A stretch of 64,000 bases of DNA from Eledone cirrhosa. Its lineage: Eukaryota. The stretch spans positions 204,166,001-204,230,000 of the forward strand of contig OZ024741.1 in the NCBI GenBank assembly GCA_964016885.1, given 5' to 3'. Made by a program: the position numbers and the translations under genes. Positions 12,496 to 28,392 of the stretch are shown one piece after another; position 1 is the stretch's first letter, and each line of letters begins with the position of its first letter. Under the pieces are notes generated by a model. It made no database searches and was not told the origin of the DNA. It saw only the letters and a program-made list of their open reading frames with translations.

Positions 12496-13974
12496 TGTAT
12501 GTATGTATGTATGTATGTATGTGTGTGTATGGAAGATCTTAGAAGGACAATCAGCTAACATTTACATTAGGAGCTGTGCCAATCTCGGACCATGGACACC
12601 ATTGTGTTATGCCAAAAGTCTTAATTTCTCCCTCTAGTGTTAAGACCAGATGTTGTAGTTGTTTAAGGTTCCAAGGACCATATTCTTTCAATATCATCCC
12701 CATAAAAAACTTGGAAGGGATTTAAATACATTGCAATAACATTTGAACATTCTGCTGTCTAAGATCCTAGATGATTTTACGCCACAAGAAGAAAAACATG
12801 TAAGGTCATTTGTTTCAAATGTTCTTCTTCACCAAAAGCCAATTATAGAAAAAGAAAACTGTAGCAGAATTAATGGTATCGCCCAAGCATGGCCTCAACC
12901 CACGGACTGTAACAAATAAAACAGTTACAATTGTAATATATAGTACTATGAGAATCCTCAATCATTCTTCTGTTATTTCTATATTTATCACGTACATCCC
13001 CATTACGATGTGTGGGTGTAAAACAGTCAGCAATCTCTAAAGCTGGCCACTAAGAAGAGATTCAGTATTTCACTGTTGTTATGGAAATAATAGATATACG
13101 ACTCTAAACTATACGGTTAGATATACCGATAGATATACAGATATATTTCCATGAAGGAAAATAACAATATGACATTATAACTGAACTAGTAAAACTTATT
13201 GTTATTTATGCTTAGTATTATCGGTAGAGTGATGACTATCTATAATGTCTTACAATGATGTCTTTAATGCCATATGTGTTTAAATGTTCACTAAACCGAT
13301 TTACCTCTACGTTTAAAATGTCAAATATTGTGTTTTGTCTTAAAGTCAAAGAATTGACAACAACATTGAAACCTAGTAACTCATAAGTCTAATTTTTAAT
13401 TGAATTTTCTCACTTCCAGACACTTCTTACTGGAAACCCTTTAAAAAAAGAGTTTGTATGTGTGTGTGAATCATTAAAAGGGGGAACTAGTGTGTGTATA
13501 TGTGTGTATGCGTGTGGGGAGGCATTATCATCATCGTTTATACGTCTGCTTTCTATACTAACAGGTTGTCGCAGTCCGAAACCTGCCGGGTCGGGGAAGT
13601 CTCATCTTTCTCATACGTTCCATATTGGTTTCTATATTTGGAGATGTCTTTCCTAACACCAACCTCTTTATAGAGTATACAGTGTGTGTGTGGCACCTAC
13701 ACTACTACTTTACAGGATGTACTGGGTGCGTTTTATTGTGACACCACCACTAGCGATGCTGTCACATGCTCGTCAAGACTGAAAAGTCCTCTTAAAAGCT
13801 ATATTGTTTCCGTTTCATCGCCAAACACTGTAGCCTCCGAGTCTCTCGCCGCGTTTACTTTAAGTGTTGTAGTGCTTTTGCTGATGACTGAATGTGTAAG
13901 GTGCCAATCGTCAGATTAAACTAAGGAAAAAATATTACCATTGCTTATACTATTTGTCTATCACAACACTTGAC

Positions 13975-14563
13975 AGAAGAAACAATGCGAAATAAACTAT
14001 TTTGCTCAAGAACACAATGCGCTGCTTGGGCCAGGAATTGAACACACAATTTTATGTTCGTGAACCCAACACTAACCTCTAGCAATCGGGTTGTATAACC
14101 TAAATCGTACATGTATAACATTCTTCCTGGGAACTATGTTAAGGGTACAAGTGTCTCTAGAATGTTCAGCACATTAATTTCATGAGTAAGCAAGCTGTTC
14201 CGTTGACCAAACAGCTAAAACACGCGTCTTCTGAACCGTCATAGAAACTCCTACACACAACATAAAAATAAAGTTGGTGACGAAGTATGTTATATTCCAG
14301 GAAGTCTGAAATAAGAAATCGCTCGATTAAGATCCCAATCCTCACTCACTTATCGGGTGGAGTGGAGCTTGTCAAATTGACCAATGAAACAATGTTTTCA
14401 TTGGACTTTCCATTGCTGATATTATCTACCGGTCGCAACTCCTGGCAGAAAGAGCAGCCTGAAATAAAGTGTCTTTCTCAAGGACATAACACATCACCTG
14501 GTCCGGGATTCAAACCCGCAACCTCACGATTGTGAATCCAATTCTCTATCCACTAAGCCACAC
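13975..14563. mobile_element. Cluster of SINE family B fragments in both orientations
   Basis: GAAATAAAGTGTCTT-CTCAAGGACA-AAC...GGATTCAAACCC heads (minus) and a GAACTATGTTAAGGGTACAAGTGTC body (plus). Confidence 0.65.
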
Positions 14564-15939
14564 GGGAATGATTTTTTGGCTAACTTCCAAATACAAAGTA
14601 AACATCTTCAATGTAGAAACATGTTAAGTGTAAATGAAGATATTATCAATTATTGAAACATAAATATAATAGTTGAATAGTTAATTATACCATGATCACA
14701 GCAGGAACAATATTCAGGAGAAATTTTTGTTTTAATTTAGAATACAGAAATCAATAAACAATATATTTCATTAAATAACTTTAGACATTCCAAAGATAAT
14801 TATAAGTATATTCTCCAAAGTTTCTTTGTGAAAACAGGTTTTGTTTTAGGAAAAGTGGGTCATTAGTGATTAAAAGATGTTAAAAATGCACTTTACTAAA
14901 TCGATATCGCAGGAAAGAATTTCATTGAGAAACCTGTCTGGAGTAAATGTTAATTCCTGTTATATTTATACAGAAAAACACCCAAAATTAACATTGGTGT
15001 GTTTCTATGTAAGCATATTGATTTCTAACATAAGCACAGTACTGAAAATCTAGAGAAGGGGACAGTTAATATTATCGAACCAAACAGTTGACTGGTACTT
15101 ATTTTATCGATCACAAAAGTATGAATGACAAAGTCAATCTTGGCAAGATTCGAACACTACTGAAAATAATATCGTTCACGAGTTTTACTTGTAGTTCAAA
15201 CGGCCAGACTTGTCACACTTTGTGTCATGGTGAATCGTTAAGCTGGGAGCTACGTTAAGGGTAAGGTGTCTGCGGCGTTGATCAACCAACTGGAGCACGA
15301 GCCGTTAATACCGCCAGAAGTCTAACACACATACACACATGCATATTTGGGTATGGCACCAAATCGAAACTTGTCTTTTCTCCAATCAATACATATCTTC
15401 GACTGTCTTCGACTGTCTTCAGTATATTTAGTATTTCTGTCAGTTCTTTGTTTTTCAAAGGTAGGTCATAATTACCTTCCTTCTCTCACGTACCTGTTTG
15501 ACAGTTTCTGTCATATAATCAGTACCAACACTACCAATTAGGCCGGCTAGGGGACAGATCTCAGAGATGTGCATTACTAAACACCAAAGAATAACATTTT
15601 CATACATATTTGTATAATTAATTTAAATATATAATTATTTCCTGCAAGCAATAAATAAATCACTAAAGATATTCACTGTGTAGCAGAGTTGTGAAAATAT
15701 CTAAAGCAATGGAGAGGGTTGTATTGTTATGATCTGTCGTATGATTTGGTGTGGGCGAGTGTAGACTCTTTAGTATAAAATGCAGGCTTGGTAATTTTCT
15801 TAGTGTGGTCAAAGTAAAAAATGCCAAAAACCAGGTTCGTCAGCTTACCAACTTGTATGTGGAAATTATTTTATTCGGGAGAATAGGAGGGGACATAAGT
15901 AGGAGAACGCGGCACAAATTGTAGAATTTGTCTTGGGTG

Positions 15940-16295
15940 ATAAATACCCAGACATGCATTGTAAGGCTAGTCTTGAGAGCTAAACATTGTAGGGCTAGCC
16001 TAGGACGCTAAATACGCAGACACGTTGTAAAGCTAACCTAAGGCACTAAATACCATGATATATATTGTATGGTTAGCCTAGGGTACTAAATACCTAGGTA
16101 CATATAGGACTAGTCTAGGGCTGCAAATACCCAGGCACACATTATGTGGTTAGCCTAACTCATTAAATACCCAGGGACATATTGTAGGGCTAGCCATTGG
16201 CGCTAAATACCCACTCACATATTATAGAACTAGCCAAAGGCACTAAATATCCAGACACACATTTTAGGGCTAGCCAAAGTTGCTAAATAACCAGG
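15940..16295. repeat. Degenerate ~35-40-bp minisatellite
   Basis: Recurrent CTAAATACCCAG...ATTGTAGGGCTAGCC. Confidence 0.75.
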
Positions 16296-16899
16296 GGAGA
16301 GCTCCGTACATAATAATTTCATACGATGTCTTTCGTCTAAATGCTGGATGTCTAAAGCTGATCTGTTAGGAGTTGTGTGCAAAGATAAAACAGATACTTC
16401 ATCGCAATTAATGTACATCATTGTTGTTCATTTCCAAGGCTTGTGTGTGTGTGTGCGCGCACGCTCATGTGTGTGTGTTTATGTATATGTGTATGTGTGT
16501 ATATGTGTATGCCTGTGTCAGTGTTTAATGTATGTATATGATTGTGTACGTGTGGGGTTATGTGTGAGTATAGGCACCTTTGTGTGTGTATGTATGTATG
16601 TGATGTGTGTATATATGTGTATGTGAGTGTGTGAGTGTGTGAGGGTGCATGTGTTCCTTTTGTTATTTTCCTGTTAGTATTTCAAGAGACACAAATAAAA
16701 CATTTTTAAAACAATGTTCTTAAACCCCACACTGCTCTGCTGATGCCTCTTGGATCGATAATCAATAAAATTATCAATAATCTATAAAGAAAATATTCTG
16801 TGGTCTCTGCTTGATATCTCTAGCTTACAGATGGAAGAAGAAAAAATATACTAATGAAAGTTGTCGAACTTACACTGAAGTCATCCATAATATATTAGT

Positions 16900-19800
16900 A
16901 CTCTCTATAGTATAGTGGTACTGTCTATATTATAGTGGTACTGTCTATAGAATAGTGGTACTGTCTATAGTATAGTGGTACTGTCTATAGAATAGTGGTA
17001 CTGTCTATATAGTCGTACTGTCTATTATATAGTGGTACTGTCTATAGTATAGTGGTACTGTCTATAATATAGTGGTACTGTATATAGTATAGTGGTGCTG
17101 TCTATAGTATAGTGGTACTGTCTATAATATAGTGGCACTGTCTATAGTATAGTGGTACTGTCTATAATATAGTGGCACTGTCTATAGTATAGTGGTACTG
17201 TCTATAGTACAGTGGTGTTGTCTATAATATAGTGGTACTGTCTATAATATAGTGGTGTTGTCTATAATATAGTGGTACTGTCTATAATATAGTGGTACTG
17301 TCTATAGTATAGTGGTACTGTCTAGAGCATAGTGGTACTGTCTACAATATAGTGGTTCTATCTATAGTATAGTGGTACTGACTATAGTATAGTGGTACTG
17401 TCTATAATATAGTGGTGTTGTCTATAATATAGTGGTACTGTCTATAGTATAGTGGTACTGTCTATAGTATAGTGGTACTGTCTATAATATAGTGGTAGTC
17501 TATAATATAGTGGTTCTGTCTATAGTATAGTGGTACTGTCTATAGTATAGTGGTACTGTCTATAATATAGTGATTCTATCTATAGTATAGTGGTACTGAC
17601 TATAATATAATGGTACTGTCTATAATATAGTGGTGTTGTCTATAATATAGTGGTGCTGTTTATAATATAGTGTTGTCTATAGTATAGTGGTACTGTCTAT
17701 AATATAGTGGTACTGTCTATAATGTGGTGGTACTGTCTATAATATTGTGGTACTGTCTATAATATAATGGTACTGTGTATAATATAGTGATGTTGTCTAT
17801 AGTATAGTGGTAATGTCTATAATATAGTGGTACTGTCTATAGTATAGTGGTACTGTATATAGTATAGTGGTACTTTGTATAGTATAGTGGTACTGTCTAT
17901 AATATAGTGGTTCTGTTGATAATATAGTAGTACTGTCTATAATATAGTGGTACTATGTATAGTATAGTGGTACTGTCTCTAATATAGTGGTACTGTCTAT
18001 AGTATAGTGGTACTGTCTATAGTGGTACTGTCTAATATATAGTGGTACTTTCTATAATATAGTGTTACTGTCTATATAGTGGTACTGTCTATAATACAGT
18101 GGTACTGACTATAGTATAGTGGTTGTGTCTATAATATAGTAGTACTGTCTATAATATAGTGGTGTTGTCTATAGTATAGTGGTACTGTCTATAATATAGG
18201 GGTACAGTGTTGAATATGGTGGTGTTGTCTATAATATAGTGGTGCTGTCTATAGTGTAGTGGTACTGTATATAGTATAGTGGTACTGTCTATAATATAGT
18301 GGTACTGATTATCGTATAGTAGTACTGTCTATAATATAGTGGTACTGTCTATAGGATAGTGGTACTGTCTATAGTGGTACTGTCTATAGTATAGTGGTAC
18401 TGTCAATAGTATAGTGGTGATGTCTATAATATTGTGGTATTGTCCATAATATAGTGGTACTGTCTATAGTATAGTGGTACTGTCTATAGTATATTGGTAC
18501 TGTCTATAGTATAGTGGTACTGTCTATGGTATCGTGGTACTCTCTATAATATAGCGGTCCTGTCTATAGTATAGTGGTACTGTCTATGGTATAGTGGTAC
18601 TGTCTATAATATAATGGTACTGTTTATAGTATAGGGGTACTGTCTATAATATAGTGGTACTGTCTATAGTACATTATAGACAATATAGTGGTGCTGTCTA
18701 TACTATATTATAGACAACACCACTATACTATAGACAGTACCACTATATAATAGACAGTACAACTATTTTGAAGAGAGTACCACTATATTATAGGCAGCAG
18801 CACTATATTATGGACAACACCACTATACTATAGACAGTACCACTATATAATAGACAGTACCACTATAATATAGACAGTACCACTATACTATAGACAGTAC
18901 CACTATACTATAGACAGTACCACTATATTATAGACAGTAGCACTATATTATAGACAGTACCATTATATTACAGACAGTACCACTATACTATAGACAGTAC
19001 CACTATACTATAGACAGTACCACTATATTACAGACAGTACACTATATTATAGACAGTACCACTATATTATAGACAGTAGGACTATACTACAGACAGTACC
19101 ACTATACTATAGAGAGTACCACTATATTATAGACATTATCACTATATAATAGACAGTACCACTATATTATAGACACCACCACTATACTATAGACAACACC
19201 ACTATACTATAGACAGTACCACTATACTATAGACAGAACCACTATACTATAGAGAGTACCACTATACTATAGACAACGCCACTATATTCTAGTCAGTACC
19301 ACTATATTATAGAGAGTACAACAATATTATAGACAGCACCACTATATTATAGACAGTACCACTATACTATAGACAACGCCACTATATTCTAGTCAGTACC
19401 ACTATATTATAGAGAGTACCACTATACTATAGACACTACCACTATACTATAGACAGTACCACTACACTATAGACAGTACCACTATACTATAGAGAGTACC
19501 ACTATACTATATACAGTACCACTATATTATAGACAGCACCACTATATTATAGACAGTACCACTATATTATAGACAGTACCACTATACTATAGATAGTACC
19601 ACTATACTATAGACAGTACCACTATATTATAGACAGTACCACTATATTATAGATAGTACCATTATACTATAGACAGTACCACTATACTCTAGACAACGCC
19701 ACTATACTATATACAGTACCACTATATTATAGACAGCACCACTATATTATAGACAGTACCACTATATTATAGACAGTACCACTATACCATAGACAGTACC

Positions 19801-22800
19801 ACTATACTATAGACAGTACCACTATATTATAGACAGTACCACTATATTATATACAGTACCATTATATTATAGACAGTACCTCTATACTATAGACTGTACC
19901 ACTATACTATAGACTGCAAAACTATATTATAGACAGTACCACTATATTATGGACAGTAGCACTATATTATAGAGAGTAATGCTATATTATAGACAACACA
20001 TCTATACTATAGACAACACCACTATACTGTACACAGTACCACTATACTATAGGCAGTACCACTATACTATAGACAGTACCACTATATTATAAACAGTACC
20101 ACTATATTATAGGCAGTAGCACTATAGTATAGACAGTTCCAATATACTATAGACAACACCACTATACAATAGACAACACAACTATACTATGGACAGTATC
20201 ACTATAGTATAGACAGTACCACTATATTATAAACAGTACCACTATATTATAGACGGTACCACTATATTACACACCGTACCACTATATTATAGACAACACC
20301 ACTATACTATAGACAGCACCACTATACTATATACAGTACCACTATACTATATACAGTACCACTATATTATAGACAGTACCAGTATACTATAGACAGTACG
20401 ACTATACTATACACAACATCAGTATATTATAGACATTACCATTATATTATAGACAGTACCACTATGCTATAGACAACACCACTATACTATAGACAACACC
20501 ACTATATTATAGACAATACCACTATACTATAGACAACACCACTATACTGTAGACTGTACCACTATACTATAGACAGTACCAGTATACTATAGACAGTACC
20601 AGTATATTATAAACAGTTCCACTATATTATAGACAGTACCAATATACTATAGACAGTACCACTATACTATAGACAACACCACTATACTATAAACAGTACC
20701 ACTATATTATAGAGAGCACCACTATACTATAGAGTGTACAACTATATTATAGACAGTAGCACTATAGTATAGACAGTTCCACTATACTATAGACAACACC
20801 ACTATACAATAGACAACACAACTATACTATAGATAGTATCACTGTATTATGGACAACACCACTACTATAGAGAGTACCACTATATTATAGACAGTACCAC
20901 TATACTATAGACAGTAGCACTATACTATAGACAGAACCATTATATTATAGATGGTACCACTATATTATAGACAGTACCACTATGCTATAGACGGTATCAC
21001 TATATTATAGACAGTACCACTATATTATAGACAGTACCATTATACTATAGACATACCACTATATTATAGACAACACCACTATACTATAGACAACACCACT
21101 ATACTATAGAGAGTACCACTATACTATAGACAGTACCATTATATTATAGACGGTACCACTATATTATAGACAGTACCACTATGCTATAGACAGTACCACT
21201 ATATTATAGACAGTACAACTATAATATAGACAGTACCATTATACTATCGACAGTACCACTATATTATAGACACTACCACTATACTATACACAATACCACT
21301 ATACTATAGACAGTACCACTATACCATAGACAGTGCCACTATACTATATACTGTACCACAATACTATAGACAGTACCACTATATTATAGACTGTACAACT
21401 ATATTAAAGACAGCACCACTATAGAATAGAGAGTACCACTATATTATAGACAGTATCACTACATTATAGACAGTACCACTATATTATAGACAGCACCACT
21501 ATATTTTAGACAGTACCACTATACTATAGACTGTACCACTATACTATAGACAGTACCATTATACTATAGACAGTACCACTATATTATAGACTGTACCACT
21601 TTACTATAGACAGTACCACTATATTATAGACAGTACCACTATATTATAGACAGTACCACTATATTTTAGACAGTACCACTATACTATAGACAGTACCACT
21701 ATATTAGAGACAGTACCACTACACTATAAACAGTACCACTATATTATAGACAGTACTACTATATTATAAACAATACCACTATATTATAGATAGTACCACT
21801 ATACTATAGATAATACCACTATACTTTAGACAGTACCACTATATTATAGACAGTACTACTATATTATAAGCAGTACCACTATATTATAGATAGTACCACT
21901 ATACTATAGATAATACCACTATACTTTAGACAGTACCACTATACTATAGACAACATCACTATATTATACACAGTACCATTATATTATAGACAGTACCACT
22001 ATATTTTAGACAGTACTACTACACTATAGACATCACCACTATATTATACACAGTACCACTATAATATAGAGAGTACCACCATATTATAGACAGTACCACT
22101 ATATTATAGACAACACCACTATATTATAGACAGTACCACTATATAATAGATAGTACAACTATATTATAGACAGTGCCATTATATTATAGACAGTACCTCT
22201 ATAATATAGACAGTACCACTATACTATAGACAGTACCACTATACTATAGACAGTAACACTATACTATAGACTGTACCACTATACTATAGACAGTACCACT
22301 ATATTATAGACAGTACAACTATATTAATGACAGCACCACTATACTATAGACAATACAACTATATTATAGACAGTACCACTATACTATAGACAGTACCACT
22401 ATACTATAGACAGTACCACTATATTATAGACAGTACAACTATATTATAGGCAGCACCACTATATTATAGACAATTCCACTATATTATAGACAACACCTCT
22501 ATACTATAGACAGCACCACTATACTATATACAGTAGCACTATATTATAGACAGTACCATTGTACTATAGACAGTACCACTATACTATAGACAGTACCATT
22601 ATACTATAGACAGTACCACTATATTATAGAGAGTACCACTATATTATAGACAGTTGGTACTGTCTATAATATAGTGGTACTGTCTATAATATAGTGGTAC
22701 TGTCTATAGTATAGTGGTGCTGTCTATAATATTGTGGCACTGTCTATTATATAGTGTTACTGTCTATTATATAGTGTTACTGTCTATAATATAGTGGTAC

Positions 22801-25370
22801 TGTCTATAGTATAGTGGTACTCTCTATAGTATAGTGGTACTGTCTATTATATAGTGTTACTGTCTATAGTATAGTGGTGTTGTCTATAATATAGTGGCAC
22901 TGTCTATTATATAGTAGTACTGTCTATAGTATAGTGGTGTTGTCTATAATATAGTATACACAGCACCACTATATTGTCTGTAATGTACTATAGACAGTAC
23001 CACTATATTATAGACAGTACCACTCTATTAGAGACAGTGCCACTATATTATAGACAGTACCACTATACTATAGACAGTACCACTATATTATAGACAGTAC
23101 CACTATATTATAGACAGTACCACTATACTATAGACAGTACCACTATATTATAGACAGTTCCACTATATTATAGACAGTACCACTATACTATAGACAGTAC
23201 CATTATATTATAGACAAGACCACTATATTATAGACAAGACCACTATATTATAGACACTATATTATAGACCGTACCACTATATTATAGACATTACTACTAT
23301 ACTATAGACAGTAGCACTATACTATATACAGTACCTCTATATTATAGACAGTACCACTATATTATAGAAATTAACACTATACTATAGACAGTACCACTAC
23401 ACTATAGACAGTACCACTATACTATATATTAAACAGTACCACTATATTATAGACAGTACCACTATACTATAGACAGTAACACTATATAATATACAGTGCC
23501 ACAATATTATAGACAGCACCACTATACTATAGACAGTACCACACTATTATAGATAGTATAATTATAGTGGTACCCTATAGTGGTACTGTCTATAATATAG
23601 TGGTGCTGTCTATAGTATAGTGGTACTATCTATAATATAGTGGTGTTGTCTATAATATAGTGGTACTGTCTATCGTATAGTGGTAATGTCTATAGTATAG
23701 TGGTACTGTCTATAATATAGTGGTACTCTCTATAGTACAGTGGTACTCTCTATAATATAGTGGTACTGTCTATAGTAGTGGTGCTGTCTATAGTATAATG
23801 GCACTGTCTATAGTATAGTGGTACTGTCTATAGTATAGTGTTGTTGTCTATAATATAGTGGTTCTGTCTATAGTATAGTGGTACTGTCTATAATATAGTG
23901 GTACTGTCTATAATATAGTGGTACTGTCTATTATATAGTGGCACTGTCTATAATATAGTGCTACTGTCTATAGTATAGTGGTACTGTCTATAGTATAGAG
24001 GTACTCTCTATAATATAGTGGTACTGTCTATAATATAGTGGTGCTGTCTATAGTATACTTGTACTGTCTATAGTATAGTGGTACTGTCTATAATATGATG
24101 GTACTGTCTATAATATAGTGGTACTGTCTATAATATAGTGGTTCTGTCTATAGTAGTGGTGCTGTCTATAATATAGTGGTACAGTCTAAAATATAGAGCT
24201 ACTGTCTGTAATATAGTGGTACTGTCTATAGTATAGTGGTGCTGTTTATAGTATAGTGGTACTCTCTATGGTATCGTGGTACTCTCTATAATATAGCGGT
24301 CCTGTCTATAGTATAGTGGTACTGTCTATAATATAGTGGAACTGTCTATAATATAGTGGTACTGTTTATAGTATAGTGGTACTGTCTATAATATAGTGGT
24401 ACTGTGTATAATATTGTGGTACTGTCTATAGTATAGTGGCGCTGTCTATAGTGTAGTGGTACTGTCTATAGTATAGTGGTACTGTCTATAATATAGTGGT
24501 ACTGTGTATAATATTGTGGTACTGTCTATAGTATAGTGGTACTGTCTAAAGTATAGTGGTGCTGTCTATAGTATAGTGGTACTGTCTATAATATAGTGGT
24601 ACTGTCTATAGTATAGTGGTACTGTCTATAATATAGTGGTATTGTGTATAGTAGTGGTGCTGTCTATATTATAGTGTTACTATATATAGTATAGTGGTAC
24701 TGTATACAGTATAGTGGTGTTGTCTATAATATAGTGGTAGTGTCTATAGTATAGTGGTGTTGTCGATAATTTAGTGGTGCTGTCTATAGTATAGTGGTAC
24801 TGTCTATAGTATAGTGGTACTGTACATAATATAGTGGTACTGTCTATAATATAGTGCTACTGTCTATAGTATAGTGACGTTGTCTATAATATAGTGGTGC
24901 TGTCTATAGTATAGTGGTACTGTCTATTGTATAGTGCTACTGTCTATAATATAGTGATGTTGTCTATAATAGTGGTGTGGTGTGGTGCGTAACTTAGTGA
25001 TGTTGTTTGGAACTTAGTACTGTTGTGTGTAATATAGTATTGTTGTCTGTAACATAGTATTGTTGTATGTAACATAGTAGTGTCGTCTATAACATACTAC
25101 TGTTGTCTATAACATAGTACAGTTGTCTGAAATATAGTATTGTTGTGTTTAACATAGTACTGTAGTCTATACCATATTAGTGTCTTCTATAACATAGTAC
25201 TGTTGTCTGTAACATAGTAGTGTCGTGTGTAACATAGTGATGTTATGTGTAACATAGTACTGTCGTCTATAATGTTAGTGAATGTAACATAGTGATGTTG
25301 CGTGTAACATAGTACTGCCGTTCTCTAATGGTAGTGAATGTCACTTAGTAGTGTTGTGTGTAACGAATTG
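16900..25370. repeat. 20-bp satellite array (~8.5 kb) with four orientation switches
   Basis: Unit TATAGTGGTACTGTCTATA(G/A). Forward ~16900-18700, reverse ~18700-22654, forward 22655-22955, reverse 22956-23560, forward 23563-24970, diverged edge to ~25370. Confidence 0.96.
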
Positions 25371-25650
25371 TTGTGCTGGTGAAATCTTAATTGAAGTTGT
25401 CAACAGACATTCACTAAAAGTAACCAGAGAGCATTCTATTTATCTTCTATAGACGTCCATTTCTTGGCTTTCAACGATCAAAACAAAGAGAAGGTAAATC
25501 AATATTTTATTATTAGAAAATATCCCAGGGGTGCCTTCTGCATGAAAAAAACATATCATTGTTTCTTCGCAATTTCGACGATGCGCTTTTAATTTTTCGA
25601 TCAACTGAATGTCTGGCTCGTCAATTAACATGTAAGTAGCTGAGTATTCC

Positions 25651-26030
25651 ACAAACACCTGTGTCCTTATCGTAATTCTCAGACAGAATCATTGTTACAC
25701 AATATGTAACGAGGCTAAACCTTTGAACTACAGGTACATTTCATTGTGTATTATGGTGTAAGTGGCTGAGCATTGCACAAACACGTGTACCTTTAATGTA
25801 GTTCCCAACCCGAATAAACGTGACACAATCTGTGATAAGGCTTGAGTTTGAATTATATGTACAACCCATACGACGGGCTTCTACACAGTTTCAATCCACG
25901 AAATATTTCTCTCAAGGCTTGGCTCAACCCAAGACTAGTAAAGACATTTGCCTAAGGTGCCATTGTGTGGGATTGAACCCGGTACCTCATGATTATAAAA
26001 TTAACTTCTTAACCATGTCTGCGTTCACGT
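25651..26030 (-). mobile_element. SINE fragments (family B bodies plus a third SINE family)
   Basis: ACACGTGTACCTTTAATGTAGTTC, GTGACAC...TGTGATAAGGCT; CCTAAGGTGCCA...GGGATTGAACCC. Confidence 0.6.
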
Positions 26031-26179
26031 GAACAACATATAGTAATGTGCAGGTTAACATACATAGAGGCGCTGTATTGACATACGGCGTTTCTTGGGT
26101 ATTTTAAGCCTGGCGGAGCCCATCCCTCTCCAGGCCTGTGCACAGCAGATTTTCTTTCAGAGAGAGGAAGAATCGATCC

Positions 26180-26466
26180 TAGTACATTTTTTTATCGACC
26201 TCAAAAGGAGGAAAAGCAAAGTTGACCTCGGCGGGATTTGAATTCAGAGTGCTGAGAGCCGGAACGAATACCATAAAGCATTCTATCCGCCGTTCTAACG
26301 ACTCTGCCAATTCGCCGCCTAAACATACATAATACGATGACCAAAAAATAATTGTTTCTACTTTAGGCACAAGGCCAGAAATTACCCAGTGCATTACTGG
26401 TACTTTATTTTATCGACCTTGTAAGGATGAAAGGCAAAGTCAACCTCAGCGGGATTTGAACTCAGA
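26180..26466 (-). mobile_element. Two SINE family A copies
   Basis: TTTATCGACC...AAAGTTGACCTCGGCGGGATTTGAA...CTGCCAATTCGCCGCC; second, truncated copy at 26348-26466. Confidence 0.8.
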
Positions 26467-27599
26467 TGACCAAAAAATAATGCTAATTAATTATAATTCT
26501 ACTTAGCAGAAAATCCATTGGTGTTTGTAATAATTCTTGTGAAGTAAAGCAAGGGAGAGGATTCCAGGATTCTGTTATGTTTGTTCCACCTTCGAAAATA
26601 TCATACCAGTCCTGAGTCAATGTTATAATAGTTGAGTTGCAAGGCCAGCTAAGATTTTTAATTCAATGTCCCCTGATTTCAAAGAAAGCTGGCAAAAATA
26701 AATAATTCCCTACGTGGAATATTCATCATCTTATTTTGAGAAACGAATGCCTGAAAGTGTGCTTTTCTATAGAGCCTTCTTACGTCAAATGTAGAATGTA
26801 TGGAATTTCTACGATGTGGAACCATAGCAAAAAGGAGTTTTTATTCATCTAAGAATAAGAAAATGAAGGCTGAATTCTTTTAAAATATCTTGTTAGCTAG
26901 CAACCCAAGAACTAATTTTGGTAGTTATATTTCGTCTATCCAAGGTGAAAAGAGTTCATAGAACGTAGAATTAATTTAATTTAATTTAACTATACCATCT
27001 GGCCCTTCGGAGCAATTAGCGGAGTTCCCTTTATTAGAAACAATGAATCTAAAGATAAATTCCACCTTCTCTTCCACCAAACTCAATGGTAGTTCCTTCT
27101 GTTACAAACAATCGATCTGATGATTAGTTTCTCCTTGTCTCCCACAAGTTTCAAATGCCCGGTAAAGGTCATTGGTGCCGCCGTTCCTTCTCTCACTAAG
27201 CCATTATAAAATACATTTCTGAAAGGAAAAAGAAATATTTGTACTACAATATATCGTAATGCATGTAATTTGTGAGCGAAGGACAGGTTTTGACATGTTT
27301 TACGACGGTTCTTATGAATTTATGTCACAAGCCAATCAACCATCGATTACCGTATGAAAGGTTTTCTACAATACTTCACAAATCAATTATCGATTAAAAT
27401 GAGATGAGTATGTTATGCTTTTGATTACCAGTTTTATTTATTATATGTTATTATTTATTTATTTATTTATTATATGGTGGTTTGGGAATTCGGCTCACGA
27501 TCCTAAAATCGTCAGTTCGATTCCTGGCGGCGGGTTGTATCATTGAGCAAGACGGCGGTCCGACACTAATACAGATCCGTTTGACAATCGCCATCGACG

Positions 27600-27895
27600 A
27601 ATGCGAGAAAGTTCTTCAGGAAAGTTAACCAAGAATCTTTAAAAAATCTCCCCAACTACAAGTGAAGTCATTCTTTTCCTGATGTCAACATGAATGGACC
27701 TGTTATTTTTATCTAAAGACATTTTTTCAAATTCCATCCTGCCCGTCCCCTTAATCTATCTTATTTCTCATTCTTTCTTCTGATGAAGGACTATCGTCCG
27801 AAACGTTAAGAACCTCTTCCTGCTATATCAAGCGTTAACCTAATATATCCCTTCCATATACTGTACCGATTGTGTTGTTATTTCTGTTTACCGTT
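27600..27895 (+). mobile_element. PLE 3' terminal region (homologous to 30880-31167 and 12240-12445)
   Basis: Shared ATGGACCTGTTATTTTT...CTGATGAAGGAC...GAAACGTTAAG...CTTCCATATACTGTAC. Confidence 0.8.
27775..27812 (+). ncRNA. Minimal type I hammerhead ribozyme
   Basis: UUCUU-CUGAUGA-a-GGAC uauc GUCC-GAAAC GUU-AAGAA; loopless palindromic stem III (ACGU), the dimer-dependent type. Confidence 0.85.
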
Positions 27896-27929
27896 TACAC
27901 ACACACATATATATATACATAAATATATA

Positions 27930-27983
<54 letters not shown>

Positions 27984-28069
27984 AATATATATACATAAAT
28001 ATATATGTGTGTATATATATATATATACATAAATATATATGTGTGTATATATATATATATACATAAATA

Positions 28070-28392
<323 letters not shown>

